A stretch of DNA of 64,000 nt from Eledone cirrhosa (GCA_964016885.1 OZ024740.1:360654001-360718000), one strand, 5' to 3'. Shown: positions 39,831-51,643, counted from the first letter of the stretch. Translations and numbers: made by a program. Notes: a model not told the origin generated them from the letters alone.

Positions 39831-40073
39831 GTTTACCTTTCCACGGTCAGGCTGCAAGAGAGAGATTTTTTTAGCTGACGCGGGGAATTTTTCCCTCAGG
39901 GTGCATAGAGATATTTATCTTTCCACAGTCAGGCTGCAAGAGACAGATTTCTTGAGCTGACACAGGAATTTTTCTCTCAGGGCCTGTAGAGATGTTTACC
40001 TTTCCACGGTCAGGCTGCAAGAGACAGATCTTCCAAGCCAACATGGGAATTTTTCCCTCAGGGCACGTAGAGA
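39831..40073. repeat. Three tandem copies of an ~81-bp GC-balanced unit
   Basis: TTTACCTTTCCACGGTCAGGCTGCAAGAGA...GGAATTTTTCCCTCAGGG...AGAGAT repeated three times. Confidence 0.85.
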
Positions 40074-40210
40074 TACATTCTCCTCCGCTGGCGATCATTG
40101 GCTGGGCTGAGCCAAATAACGCACGAAGAATGTATATGAGCCCGTGGAATGTAGGTCACTACAAAATTATTCATTAAAGTAAATACCAAATACGTTTTTA
40201 CATTAAATAT

Positions 40211-40255
40211 TGATTTACGAACGTTTTGTCCCTTTCTTGGGACTTGTCAAAATCA
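40211..40255 (-). ncRNA. Degenerate minimal type I hammerhead ribozyme (probably dead) between 33-bp inverted repeats
   Basis: Minus strand: TGATT-TTGACAA-GTCCC aagaaa GGGAC-AAAAC gttc GTA-AATCA; stems I and II intact, three core transitions. Confidence 0.5.
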
Positions 40256-40546
40256 GTTATTTAAGATTAAAAACCTCATTATAGACCTCACCAAACCACT
40301 CAACAGCCAGCAGCTTAATGTAAAAACGTATTTGGTATTTACTTTAACGTATAATTTGCTTCATGTGTAATTATTATCTTTAGCACAATAGGATTTTGTA
40401 TACATGCTTGTTTGGGAAATTCTTTCAAAGAAGTATGAAACAGACTTTTGTACTGCTTATTATGATAAATTACTGTATTTTGAGCTATTTTTAACTTCTC
40501 CACCTATTTCTAATTTTTTATATTGTTTTTGTAAAAAACGATATCT

Positions 40547-40585
<39 letters not shown>

Positions 40586-41826
40586 TATGTATGTGTAAAT
40601 GTCTTTGGTAGTGTACAGAAAATATGTTAATAAAGTCTACTTGTCAGTAGAAGTAATTAAACACAGTTTATCACTTGGATCAAAAAATAAAATAAAACAT
40701 CGCTTATATTATAATTTGAATTTAGTGTTTTTGTCTTTCAAGAGACTTATCAAAATATAATTTTAAACTCCAATTTGAGATGTGCAGAATAGGCAGACCC
40801 AGGAAGACATGGGATGAGGTTGTGAAGACTAACCTTAGAAACTAAACCTTGCAACATAACTGACAAAGGACTACAAGGACCGCACTATGCTGTGCTTATG
40901 AAGACCCAGCCAACAGCATACAATGTGGACTGACTTATACCCTCTTCCTTCCATCACCCCACCCATGTCTCCTCAGGCATTCATTCTTTAGCTGCCTCCC
41001 CCTCAAATGCCCTTTCACTCCTTAGCTGCTTCCCCCTCAAAAGCTATTTGATACCCTCACTATTGCACCCTAGTAGCTACTCTCTTCCCTCCATGCCCCT
41101 TGCACTAGCTGCTATCCTCATCATTACTACCCATCCATGCCCCTTCATGTTTTCATTCCTTAACTGCCCCCCCCCCCCCCCCCCAGATACACTCACCATT
41201 ACACCCTAGTAGCTACTCTTTCCATCTCCTCTTCCTGGCACTGCTGGTGAATGCTACCACCATCCATGCCCTATCTCTTCCCCACTCATCACATTTCACA
41301 CTTACTTGCTTCGTGTCACCCCCCCCCCCCCCACACACACACACATAGAGCAAGAAAAAACCCTCCCAACGGGACAAGGACCAACCCGGCACACCTGATA
41401 AGGTGGTTGGCAACAGGAAGAGCACTCTGCTGTAGAAACCATGCCAAGAAAGGGGGAGGGTGAAAGCACCTTTCTGTCATAACATGGTTCAACATCCTCG
41501 CTATGATTTACATGATAAATGCACCCAGTATATGCTGTAAAGTGGTTGGTGATAGGAAAGGTATTCAGCTGTAGAAAACTTGCCAAACTAAGAGTTGGGA
41601 GGACCCTTCAGTTGTGTCAAAGATATGACAACCTCCCCTGTGCACTCAATAGAATGTAAGTGAAATGCAGACCCCCAGCCTGTCTGGGAGTACAGTAGCC
41701 CCACTTCAGTAGACCCTAAAAACCTATCAGGGAAAGCAGATGTTAAATGATGATGATACATACTAGATATTAGCTTCAAAGACAAGATTTACAATATTTC
41801 TTCTTCACTCTTACACAAAATTCATC

Positions 41827-41930
41827 TTGTACCCCTCCCCTCCCACCTTTTCATTAAACATCAAACCAAACATAGGTAAGAAATTTCAGTCTCTGACAGA
41901 TAAGCATTTTCCACCACAACAAATAATTTA
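41827..41930 (+). mobile_element. Penelope-like element coding remnant
   Basis: PPTFSLNIKPNIGKKFQSLTDKHFPP resembles the PLE post-RT motif NPPFSxNVKTNIGxxFLxLIDKHFP (from recall). Confidence 0.55.
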
Positions 41931-42226
41931 TCACAATAAAATAGTTGAAAATAACTCCTTGAAGAGAAAAAAGTTGATAATCACCTGTGGGACTCAAGCC
42001 TCTTATCTGTCTGTATGTCGAAAAGCTGTGTTACCATGGCTCTAAATTGGGGAGATAACTACTTGAGGCAGAAAAATTGGATAGCTATTTTTGGAATTTG
42101 AACCACACATCGCCCTATGTCCCAGCAGAAAACGGTGTTATCAATACACTGAAGTGTATTTAGTTATGTACCTTTATGTTTCATTTTAAATCCTACTGTC
42201 ATTACTTTTTTCTCTTTATTCTTCAG

Positions 42227-42308
42227 GCCTGGTAAAACTCGCTTTCGAGAGAAATGGTTGAAAGATGTTATTGAAAGTAAAATAAAATACTGCCGTTTAT
42301 ATTTTTAA
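42227..42308 (+). CDS. AKAP14: AKAP14 last coding exon
   Basis: cag|(W)PGKTRFREKWLKDVIESKIKYCRLYF*; conserved PGxxRFRExW; AATAAA at 42312-42317. Confidence 0.92.
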
Positions 42309-42519
42309 ACAAATAAAGGAATTGTATGAATACATTAAAACTCCTAATGGTTGCAAAGTTGTTGTGTTTATTCTTTTTTTCATCAGTTATGCCAGAAAAA
42401 AGAGGACTTTTCAGTTGCATAAGGCAGTGGTATCCAACCTTTTTGCACTACAGACTGGTGTCATGAAAAACAATTTCTCCATGGACCAATGGGGGAGGTG
42501 GGTAGTGTTACGCACATAA

Positions 42520-43720
42520 CAAAATACAATAAACAATTTTTTCCATACTAGCATGGGTTAGATAAGTTGTGCTGTTGTGAGGCAGAACTCTTTCTGGCTT
42601 GGTTTCTTCTGGATGCCCTTCCTAATACCAACCAATTTACAGTGTGTACTAGGTGTTTTTTATCATAGCACCAAAACAACCACTTTACAGTGTGGGTTGG
42701 GCCACCAACATGACCACATGACAGTGTGAATTGGGCACTTTTTGTTATGATACCAACACAACCACTTTACAGTGTGGACTGGGTGCTTTTTGTATTGGCA
42801 CCAAAACATCCACTTTACAGTGTGGACTGGGGGAGAGGTAGATCTAGGATGGAGCACTTATTAGGTAAAGGGCGAGGTGTTAGGATGTGGGTGGAGTGTT
42901 CTGATGGAGGTGTGTAGAGGGTAGGAGGAAAGTGGTGCATTATGCTTCAACCCATGCGCATGGGAAGGCGGGTTTTCTGTATTACTGCATAACGCCAGAG
43001 ATCTCGATCCTGTGTCATCACCTTTGAGGGGTGCAATTGTGCAAGGACAGCTTTTATCACCTCATCTCAAGTCTTCCTATTCCATATCTTCCATCAACTT
43101 TGAGCGCCCTGCACTTTTTTTATACAGCTGTCATCGTTCACACAGATAACATGTCCATACCAATGTAATCTCCTCTCCTGCACACTGCATCTGATCCTTC
43201 TTATGCCTAGTTTCTCTCTGAGTTCATTTATGCTTTGCTGTTCATCTATATTACTATTACACATTCATTGAAGCATGCCAACTTCATTTCTTTCCAATCT
43301 TCAGAGGTCCTCTGCACACGGCACCAAGGTCTCACTATCATACAATATTGTTGTTCAAATACATGCATCATACAGTCAGTCCTTCATTTTGAGGGGTAAA
43401 CTTTTGAACTAACAGTGGTAGTAGCTCCCTGAATTTTTTCAATCCCATTCTGCTGAACTTTCGGAACACCCTCCTCTACTACTAATTTGGTTACCCATGT
43501 AATGGAAACTCTCGACTATTTCTACAGAGCCATCTGGGCATTTAAAGAAGCTAGTATCCTGTGGGCATTGCTACTTACTGCACCAGTGCATCAGCTGTAT
43601 ATAAAACCTACATTCTTTGATAGCCTGCCTGTGATCCCACTACATCTTTTATATACCCATAGCCTGAATATGGCACATAGGATGGAATTTCTTCCTATTC
43701 CTTTCCTGCACACTGAGCAG
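42520..43720 (-). mobile_element. Degraded RTE LINE 3' part
   Basis: Homologous to families A/B from the PHD region through the 3'UTR; many lesions. Confidence 0.85.
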
Positions 43721-45152
43721 AGCTGGGCCCTATTTTCTTTTCTTGGCAATATTCCCACTTTGATCCTATGTCTGTTGGATCAGAGCTGAGCTTGGACTAA
43801 ACAACAACAATAATATTTTTTTCCTTTTGAACTTATATATATATATATATATATACATATATATTTTCCTTTTTGTTTATTTTCCTACCCTGTTCTTTTT
43901 CTGTCTACCTTATTATTTTGTCTTTCTTTTCTTCGCCTCTAAATATTTACTCTTATATATTTGTTGTATGGAGATAAAATATATCTAAACTGTTACCATC
44001 AGTGTAATGCAGTGAAAATCTACTATTTACTTACAAAAATAACAACTTTCTGTTGAGAGTATAGGGAAGTGGACATTTTCTTCACAATATCAACCAACAT
44101 AACCTTTAACTAATGTAGTGGTGTTTTGGTAGGAGCGGCCATAGTTATAACATCCAGAAGAAATTTCTTAACCCTTTCCGGATCATATTTCCAATGAAAT
44201 ACATAGCTAAGGTGTTTCAATTCATTTTGAAAATAATTTTTAAAAACTGTTGGAACAATTAAATAAAATAACTTTTACTTCATTTTAGAATATAATATGA
44301 GAAGTTCTCAAAGGAAGAACAGTTGCGAAGAGGCTTACTTGTTGGCTTTCAGATGAGTTGTCCCCCTTCGTATTTTATAAGGGGGATAATTGAGTAGTTT
44401 CTTGTGTATACCTTATGTTGATACGACATGGTCGAATAGTTAACAAGTTCGCTTCGCAATCGTTGGGTCCTGAGATCGAAACCACAGCATGACATCTTAG
44501 CAAGTCTCATTTGTGGATGGATTGTACTTGTAATTCCAAGAGCCAGTCTGTTCACATACTGTATCGCGCCAAATCACCCCGATAATTACGTTGAAGGTAC
44601 ACATTTCTGTGATTCTGTGGAATGCTCAGCCACTCACACGTTAATCTCATGAGCAAGCTGCTTCACCTTGTATAACTAATTCGTTAAATGACGATTTTTT
44701 TTATTTTATCATAAAACCAGGAGCATTTTCAGGCGGTTTGGTGTCAATGGTGTGAAGTATGATATAGCAGTGAAATATGGAATTCAAATGGAAATCTAGA
44801 GCCTCTCTTGAGTTTGTTAAGTAGCATGGAGTGATAGGGATTAGGTTTTTTATCTGGGCATGTAGACATGTGTATGTGTGTGTAAATGTAAGTATATGTG
44901 TGAGAACATCCAGTTGACATAAGATACATTTAAAAGTTGAAATGTAGTAGCCCCAATGTAAACGTCTATAACAATAGCAGATCACTATAAATAACAATTG
45001 AGAAAATTTGGGTAAAATACTCATCGAAAAAGGGAAAAGATACTTTTGTCCACTTTTTTCCATCTCAAGGGGTATTTTACCCAATTTTCTCAAATATTAT
45101 TCATAGCAACTTACTATTGTTATAGTCATTTACATTGGGACGATTACATTTC

Positions 45153-45208
<56 letters not shown>

Positions 45209-45212
45209 TTAT

Positions 45213-45601
45213 GGTCACTCTAATTGTGGAACCTGCGCTCACCTCATAGAAGGCAACACGTATACATTTCAATCAGGACAATTTTGCTGTAAAAAATCAC
45301 TTCACCTGCTCATCAAAAAATCTACTTTATGCTATTAAATGTAAAGGATGCAATGAAGATTATATAGGACAAACTAAACTCACACTCAGAAACAGAATGA
45401 CAATTCATCGCCAACAATTACGAGACCCTACCACAAGACAGATACCACTCAGTGTACATCTAGACATATGTGCAAGTAATAAGACACCCAAATTCCAAGT
45501 CTTCCCATTTTATCTTTGCGCTGACAATACAACAACAAATACGAATAAATAAGGAAAATATGTTTATTCAAAAATATAGACCAGCATTAAATATAGTTTA
45601 A
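45213..45601 (+). mobile_element. Penelope-like element GIY-YIG endonuclease remnant (two frameshifts); putative 3' region extends to ~46631
   Basis: NCGTCAHL...FTCSSKNLLYAIKCKGCNEDYIGQTKLTLRNRMTIHRQQ...HLDIC...KENMFIQKYRPALN*; GIY-YIG with CxxC as in PLEs; bounded by (TA)n. Confidence 0.88.
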
Positions 45602-46629
45602 TATACATTATGTCAACACCATAACATGCTAACCATCCAAACAGACATACATACAAATACACATAACACCTTTTTTCGAAAATAAAAACCAGAGCTAAAT
45701 AAACCTTAACATATGTTAATACTCTAACACCTTAACATGCTAACCCCCCCCCTCCACACACACATATAACTCTCTCCCCCATTTCTACTAATAGAATCAT
45801 CTTTCTACACACACACACACACACACCAGCACACAAATAAGCATACATATCTCTACTTTCTTTATTTCAATAGAAAGTCTAAATTTTGACACCCCAGCAC
45901 ACCAGCCATATTCACTGAACCAGAACAATTCTCCCCATCCCATTTTTCTTGACCATTATCTTTTGTTTGGCACAACATTCTCTAAAAGGCTACAAAAGAG
46001 GTGCAAAATGTAATGTACTTGTTCATGTGACAGTCATAATTTCATTTATAACCAATCAAATTACATTTCAGCACATCAGTCATACTCAGAACAACTCTCT
46101 CCATCCCTTTTTCTTGACCATTATCTTTTGTTTGGCACAAAATTCTCTAAATGGCTACAAAAAAATTACAAAATACAGGTGCAAAATTTAATGTACTTGT
46201 TCACGTGACAGTCATAATTTCATTTATAGTCAATCAAATTACATTTATAAAAAAAGCCTTCGTGAGCCACTTTTTTTTAAAGTAAAAAGAAATTCAAACA
46301 CAAACTGGCACGAAAGCTCATGTGCTTATTCATGTGACTGCATCAACCAACCAAACTTCACTCATGTATGAAATAACAATCTGAGTCCCCCTTTTTTTGA
46401 AGGCAAATATAATAAGAACTTTGTAACGCGAACTGGCACAAAATTTATTATACTTATTCACATGACAGTTATCAACCAACCAAATTATTTCTCTAAAAAC
46501 CTAGCATTTCAAGCCATTTTTTTCCATAAAACAGAAGTAACATTCAAACACCAACCAGATGTGAGAAAAACCACAAACCCTCCATCTCAATTCTACTTTT
46601 GAAAAGCACAAGAACTGCTATTAATTCCA

Positions 46630-46706
<77 letters not shown>

Positions 46707-46711
<5 letters not shown>

Positions 46712-47421
46712 TACTTTAAATTGAATCTGGCAAACCATATTGCTATAGTTAGTATTTTTTTCACCCTAGTGAACTTGGTCCCTTACAATTCGAACACATG
46801 CATGTTTATATTTGTGTTTATCTCTCTTGTATATACAATTATATTACACGGCTCAGAAAAACTTCTTTCTTTGAGCTATTTAAATGTAAGAGACTATTTT
46901 GAGTTTCTAACTCAACATCTGATATTGTCGGCCCCTTCTTGTCGAGCTAATTTAAATGTTTTGTGAACCCGGCTGCTATTTTTAGCAGCGTATGTTTACG
47001 AGGCACGCTAGGTTCTGATGCCATGTGCGTTATTTCCTATTTGCACACTATTCAGTCTACTGATATACTTAGAAGTGAAGGGATTACTAATTTTTACACC
47101 CAATGAAGAGCAGAAAATTGATAATTTCCTTCACTAAATAAATTGCGAAACAGCTAAGCTGTCTGGGTGTTTCAGCCCAATATAGGTTTGTTCTTATTTT
47201 TCTTGATTTATTACTTTAAATTGAGTCTGGCAAGCCATATTGTTATAGTTAGTATTTTTTTCACCCTAGTGAACTTGGTCCCTTACAATTCGAATACGTG
47301 TGTTTATATTTGTGTTTATCTCTCTTTTATATTCAATTATATTACACGGCTCAGAAAAACTTCTTTCTTTGAGCTATTTAATTGTATGAGACTATTTTGA
47401 GTTCCTAACTCAATACCTGAT
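46707..47421 (+). repeat. Partial tandem repeat (~500-bp period; ~215-bp direct repeats at 46707-46923 and 47207-47421), pLTR/retrozyme-like
   Basis: Two similar copies of ATTTATTACTTTAAATTGA...CTAACTCAA.A.CTGAT flank a hammerhead motif. Confidence 0.85.
47096..47170 (+). ncRNA. Type I hammerhead ribozyme with a C3A core change
   Basis: ACACCCA-ATGAAGA-GCAG...TTGC-GAAAC AGC taa GCT GTC-TGGGTGT; 7-bp stem I, GUC site. Confidence 0.72.
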
Positions 47422-49346
47422 CATCATCATCATCATCACCGTTTTACGTCCGTTCTTCCACGCTAGCATGGGTTAGACGGGTTGTCCTGTTGTGGGCAGT
47501 GTCTGGTCAGCCGACCATGCCTTGCTCATACAGGAACTGATCTGGCTTGATTTCTACAGCTGGATGCCCTTCCTAACACCAACCTCATCTACAGTGAGTG
47601 CTGGTGCTTTTTCGTGGCGCCTACACGTCCACTTTACAGTGTGGGCTGGGTGCTTTTTTTGCCGTGGCACCTCCACGGCCACCTTGCGGTGGGGGGTGTG
47701 GGGGCATATTGTCTATATGCTTCAGCTTGTACCCATGGGAGGTCGGGTAGTCTGTATTACTGCGTGACGCCAGAAGTCACGGTCGTGTGTCATTGTCTTT
47801 GAGAGGTGTAATTGGGTAAGGTCGGCTTTTATCACCTCATCCCAGGTCATCTTGGGTCTCCCCACTCCGCGGTTTCCATCAACTTCTAGTGCTCTGCACC
47901 TTTTTATGCAGCTGTCATCCTTCATACGCATCACATATCCATACCAGCGCAACCGCCTCTCCTGCACACAGCATTTGATTCCTCTTATGCTCAGTCTCTC
48001 TCTCAATTCATTTATGCTTTGTCGTTCACGTATATTACTGTTACACATCCATCGGAGCATGCAGGCTTCGTTTCTCTCTAATCTACGTAAGTCTTCCACC
48101 TTCAGTGCCCAGGTCTCACTACCATGCAACATCGCTGTTCGGATACACGCATCATGCAGTCTGCCTTTCATTCTGAGGGAGAAGCCTTTTGCAGCTAGCA
48201 GTGGTAGTAGTTCCCTAAACTTCTTCCATCCCATTCTTACCCTAGTTATTGTACTTTCTGAACACCCACCTCCGTTGCTAATTCGGTCACCTAGGTAGCA
48301 GAAGCTGTCTACTGTTTCTACAGGGTCCTCCCAGAGATTGGTGGTACTTGTTTCCTGTGGCTGTTTGCTGCTTGCTGTCTCAGCACAGCTGCTGCATGTG
48401 AATCCTACATTCTTAATTAAGCTTCCTGAGATCCCGCTACATCTCTTGTGTACCCATTGTTTGCATTTGGGGCAGAGAATGGAGTTCCTACCTACACCTT
48501 TCCTACATACTGAGCAAGGCCATTTCCCTGAGGGGATCTGGGTTCTGTTTTCTCGTCTACTTACAAGGACCTTAGTCTTTGTCATGTTGACTTTGAGACC
48601 CTTTCTTTCTAGTCCCTGCTTCCAAATTTGGAATTTATTCTCTAGTTCTACCATAGATTCAGCTATGAGTGCGAGGTCATCAGCATACAGGAGTTCCCAT
48701 GGGCATCCGGTCTTAAACTCTTCCGTTATTGCCTGCAGGACTATGATGAACAGGAGAGGGCTAAGAACAGCCCTGGTGGACCCCAACCTGTACGCTAAAT
48801 TCCTCGCTATACTCATTGCTAATCCTAACTTTGCTGACTGCTCCCCTATACATGGCTTGTACCGCTTTCACAAGCCATTCATCTACTCCTAGTTTTCTAA
48901 GAGCCCACCAGATTACAGCACGTGGAACTCTGTCAAAGGCTTTCTCAAGGTCGACAAATGCCAAGTAGAGTGGCTTACTTTTAGCTAGGTACTTTTCCTG
49001 TAATTGCCTCACAAGGAAGAGGGCATCGGTGGTGCCTCTTGCTGGTACAAACCCAAATTGCATCTCGTCTATTTTCACCCGGTCCCTAATCAGCTGTGCT
49101 ATAACTCTTTCTGTTACTTTCATGACCTGGTCCATCAACTTTATACCTCTATAGTTTCCTCTATCTAGTGCATCGCCTTTACCTTTGTAGCAGTTGACAA
49201 TGATGCTACTGCACCAATCTTTTGGTATGGCACCTTCTAGTATTACCTGGTTAACGATACGTGTGGTTATAGTGTGACCTACAGACCCAGATGCCTTCAG
49301 CATCTCGGCAGCAATACCCGATGGACCGGTTGCCTTCCCCATCTTC
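47422..49346 (-). mobile_element. 5'-truncated RTE LINE (family B) with 9-bp TSD
   Basis: TSD ATACCTGAT at 47413-47421 and 49347-49355; RT ORFs 48761-49348 and 47722-48816 separated by one frameshift near GVHQG; PHD insert; (GAT)n tail. Confidence 0.95.
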
Positions 49347-49372
49347 ATACCTGATATATATATATATATATA

Positions 49373-49700
49373 TCATCATCATCATCGTTTAACGGCTATC
49401 TTCCACGCTTGCATGGGTTTGGACGGGAATTTTCCCACTTGAGGCAAGATTGTTTGTCTTGCTCGTATAGGGCTGTCTGGTGGGTTTTCTATGGCTGGAT
49501 GCCCTTCCTAACACCAACTACGTTTACAGTGTGGACTGGGAGGTTTTTACCGTGTTACCTACATGGCCACATTACAACTGTGTGTTTTTTGTTGTGACAC
49601 CTACACGACATCATTTATTTCGGACTGGATGTTGTGGTACCAACATAACTTTACATCGAAAGGGGTGGTGTGGATGGGATGGGGGTAGTGGGACGGGTGT
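49373..49700 (-). mobile_element. RTE family-A 3'UTR-only copy in (TA)n
   Basis: Reverse complement matches 2836-3290. Confidence 0.85.
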
Positions 49701-49857
49701 CTATATATATATATACATATACATATGTGTGTGTGCTTATACATATATATATATAAGTATTGAAATTTCCGTTGAAAACAGAAAAGGTCATAGAAGTGAA
49801 GAGTGCTCTATGTAAGTACCAGAGCAAAATTTAATGTATAAAAATCAATACAATATA

Positions 49858-49935
49858 ATTAACTCATTACCAGAGGTTTCCCGAATGAGGCGAATACGAA
49901 AGAAACGTCTTCATTCGTTCGTCAGACGAGGCAAT
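49858..49935 (-). ncRNA. Type I hammerhead ribozyme (minus-strand copy)
   Basis: Mirror copy of 50313-50390 with one extra stem I mismatch. Confidence 0.75.
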
Positions 49936-50312
49936 ATAAAAAACATGGGTAAATACTTGGAAAGTCTCATCAAGAAAAGCAAAAAAAATATTGACAAAGG
50001 AATTAGAATATGAAATATATAAAAATCTTTCAAGAAATATAGTTAGGTGTGTGTATATGTATGTATATACGCTCACAGATGTGCATATATGTATATGCAC
50101 AAATGTATACGTATAGTGAAAAAGTGTGCGTAAATATATAATTTAGGGCAAATGTATCTGTGTATCTGTAAACTACAGACAGAATAGATACATCATAAGA
50201 ATATGAAGGCGCGCGCATAAACACACCTACACACACGTATTCTAATTCATTTGTCAATATTTTTTTTGCTTTTCTTGATGAGACTTTCCAAGTATTTACC
50301 CATGTTTTTTAT

Positions 50313-50390
50313 ATTGCCTCGTCTGACGAACGAATGAAGACGTTTCTTTCGTATTCGCCTCATTCGGGAAACCTCTGGTAATGAGGTAAT
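50313..50390 (+). ncRNA. Type I hammerhead ribozyme with intact core
   Basis: ATTGCCTCGT-CTGACGA-aCGAATGA...TCATTCGg-GAAACC tct GGTA-ATGAGGTAAT; 10-bp stem I (2 GU pairs), 7-bp stem II with an A.G first pair, short stem III; predicted cleavage after A50380. Confidence 0.78.
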
Positions 50391-50496
50391 TATATTGTAT
50401 TGATTTTTATACATTATATATATATATATATATATTAGCCGCAGCCTAAAGCTTCGTTAATGTTGTACTAAAATTTGTATATATATATATATAAAA

Positions 50497-50607
50497 GAAC
50501 GAGTAGGACCCCGACGGCTGAGCTCAAGCCGTTTTGACGGCTAAGTCTGGAGTCCAGAATTAGCCGTTGAAACGGCTTAAGCTCAGCCATCGGGGTCCTA
50601 CTCGTTC
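50497..50607. repeat. 111-bp palindrome (55-bp arms, 1-nt centre, 5 mismatches)
   Basis: GAACGAGTAGGACCCCG...TCTGGA-G-TCCAGA...CGGGGTCCTACTCGTTC. Confidence 0.93.
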
Positions 50608-50687
50608 CTATTACCCACTCTACTACCCTAAGTATTGAGTACTTTGGTGCGTTATGGTCCACCTGGTTCCTTACCACATTTCCTCCG

Positions 50688-50737
<50 letters not shown>

Positions 50738-50946
50738 ATGTATGTGTGTGCCTGTGTGTGAAGACTATTTTACCTGCTATATCAAACATTAAACTAATAT
50801 ATTTCTTCCTTGTACTGTATTATTTCCCTGTGTTGTTTATCCAATGACTATATATATATATATATATAATCATACACATATATACATACATCACACAGTC
50901 ATTCACAAACACATATGTACACTCACACATATACATATATATTTCA

Positions 50947-51134
50947 TAATTGTTTCTACTTTTGGCACAAGGCCAGCAATTACCCAGTACATTACTGGTA
51001 CTTTATTTTATCTACCCCGTAAGGATGAAAGGCAAAGTTAACCTTGGCGGGATTTGAACTCAGACCGTAAAGGGACGTAATTATGCTGGAAAGCATGTCG
51101 CCCGACCTTCTACTGATACTGCCAATCCCCCGCC
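50947..51134 (-). mobile_element. tRNA-derived SINE of the GCCTTTCATCC..GGGGTCGATAAA family
   Basis: Minus strand has A box TGGCAGTATCAG and B box GAGTTCAAATCC; many older copies (~6970, 12070-12365, 13135, 57230-57470, 60350-60560, 62210-62600). Confidence 0.85.
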
Positions 51135-51643
51135 CTATTATATATTTCATAATGTAGCTGTCGTAAGACATATACTGGTATGTGTTTTACAAGTTACAAC
51201 CATTATCTGATAGCAAACCTCTATACCTAGAATAGATAGAATGAGATGGTTTATTTTATATCAATATGTAGGTCTGGGTATACATGGTTTGTACATGTGT
51301 GTCTGTAGATATGTGAGTCTGAGTATATGTAGTCTGTAAATAAGTATATATGTGGGTATGTACACATATGGGTTTGTAGATATGTAGGTCTGTGTATATG
51401 TGAGTCTGTACATATGTAGATTTGTGTATATGTGTAGGTTTGTGTATATGTGAGTCTGTGTATGTGAAAGTTTGTTTATATGTAGGCCTGTGTGTGTGTA
51501 AGTTTGTGTGTTTGCAGGTGTGTACATATGTACATCTGTACATATGTGTGCCTGTAATTATGTGAGTCTGTGCACATAAGTATGTAGATATAAGGGTCCA
51601 TGCATCTGTGTATGTGATAGTTTGTCAAAATTTGTTAAATTTA

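Larger units (their letters stand above)
49832..50416. repeat. 179-bp inverted repeat (49832-50010 / 50238-50416), 2 mismatches, 227-bp spacer
   Basis: Arms compared base by base. Confidence 0.95.

Noticed and set aside
39831-40073. Regularly spaced repeats resembling a CRISPR array
   Set aside because: The whole 81-bp unit is repeated with no unique spacers; eukaryotic context and no cas genes.
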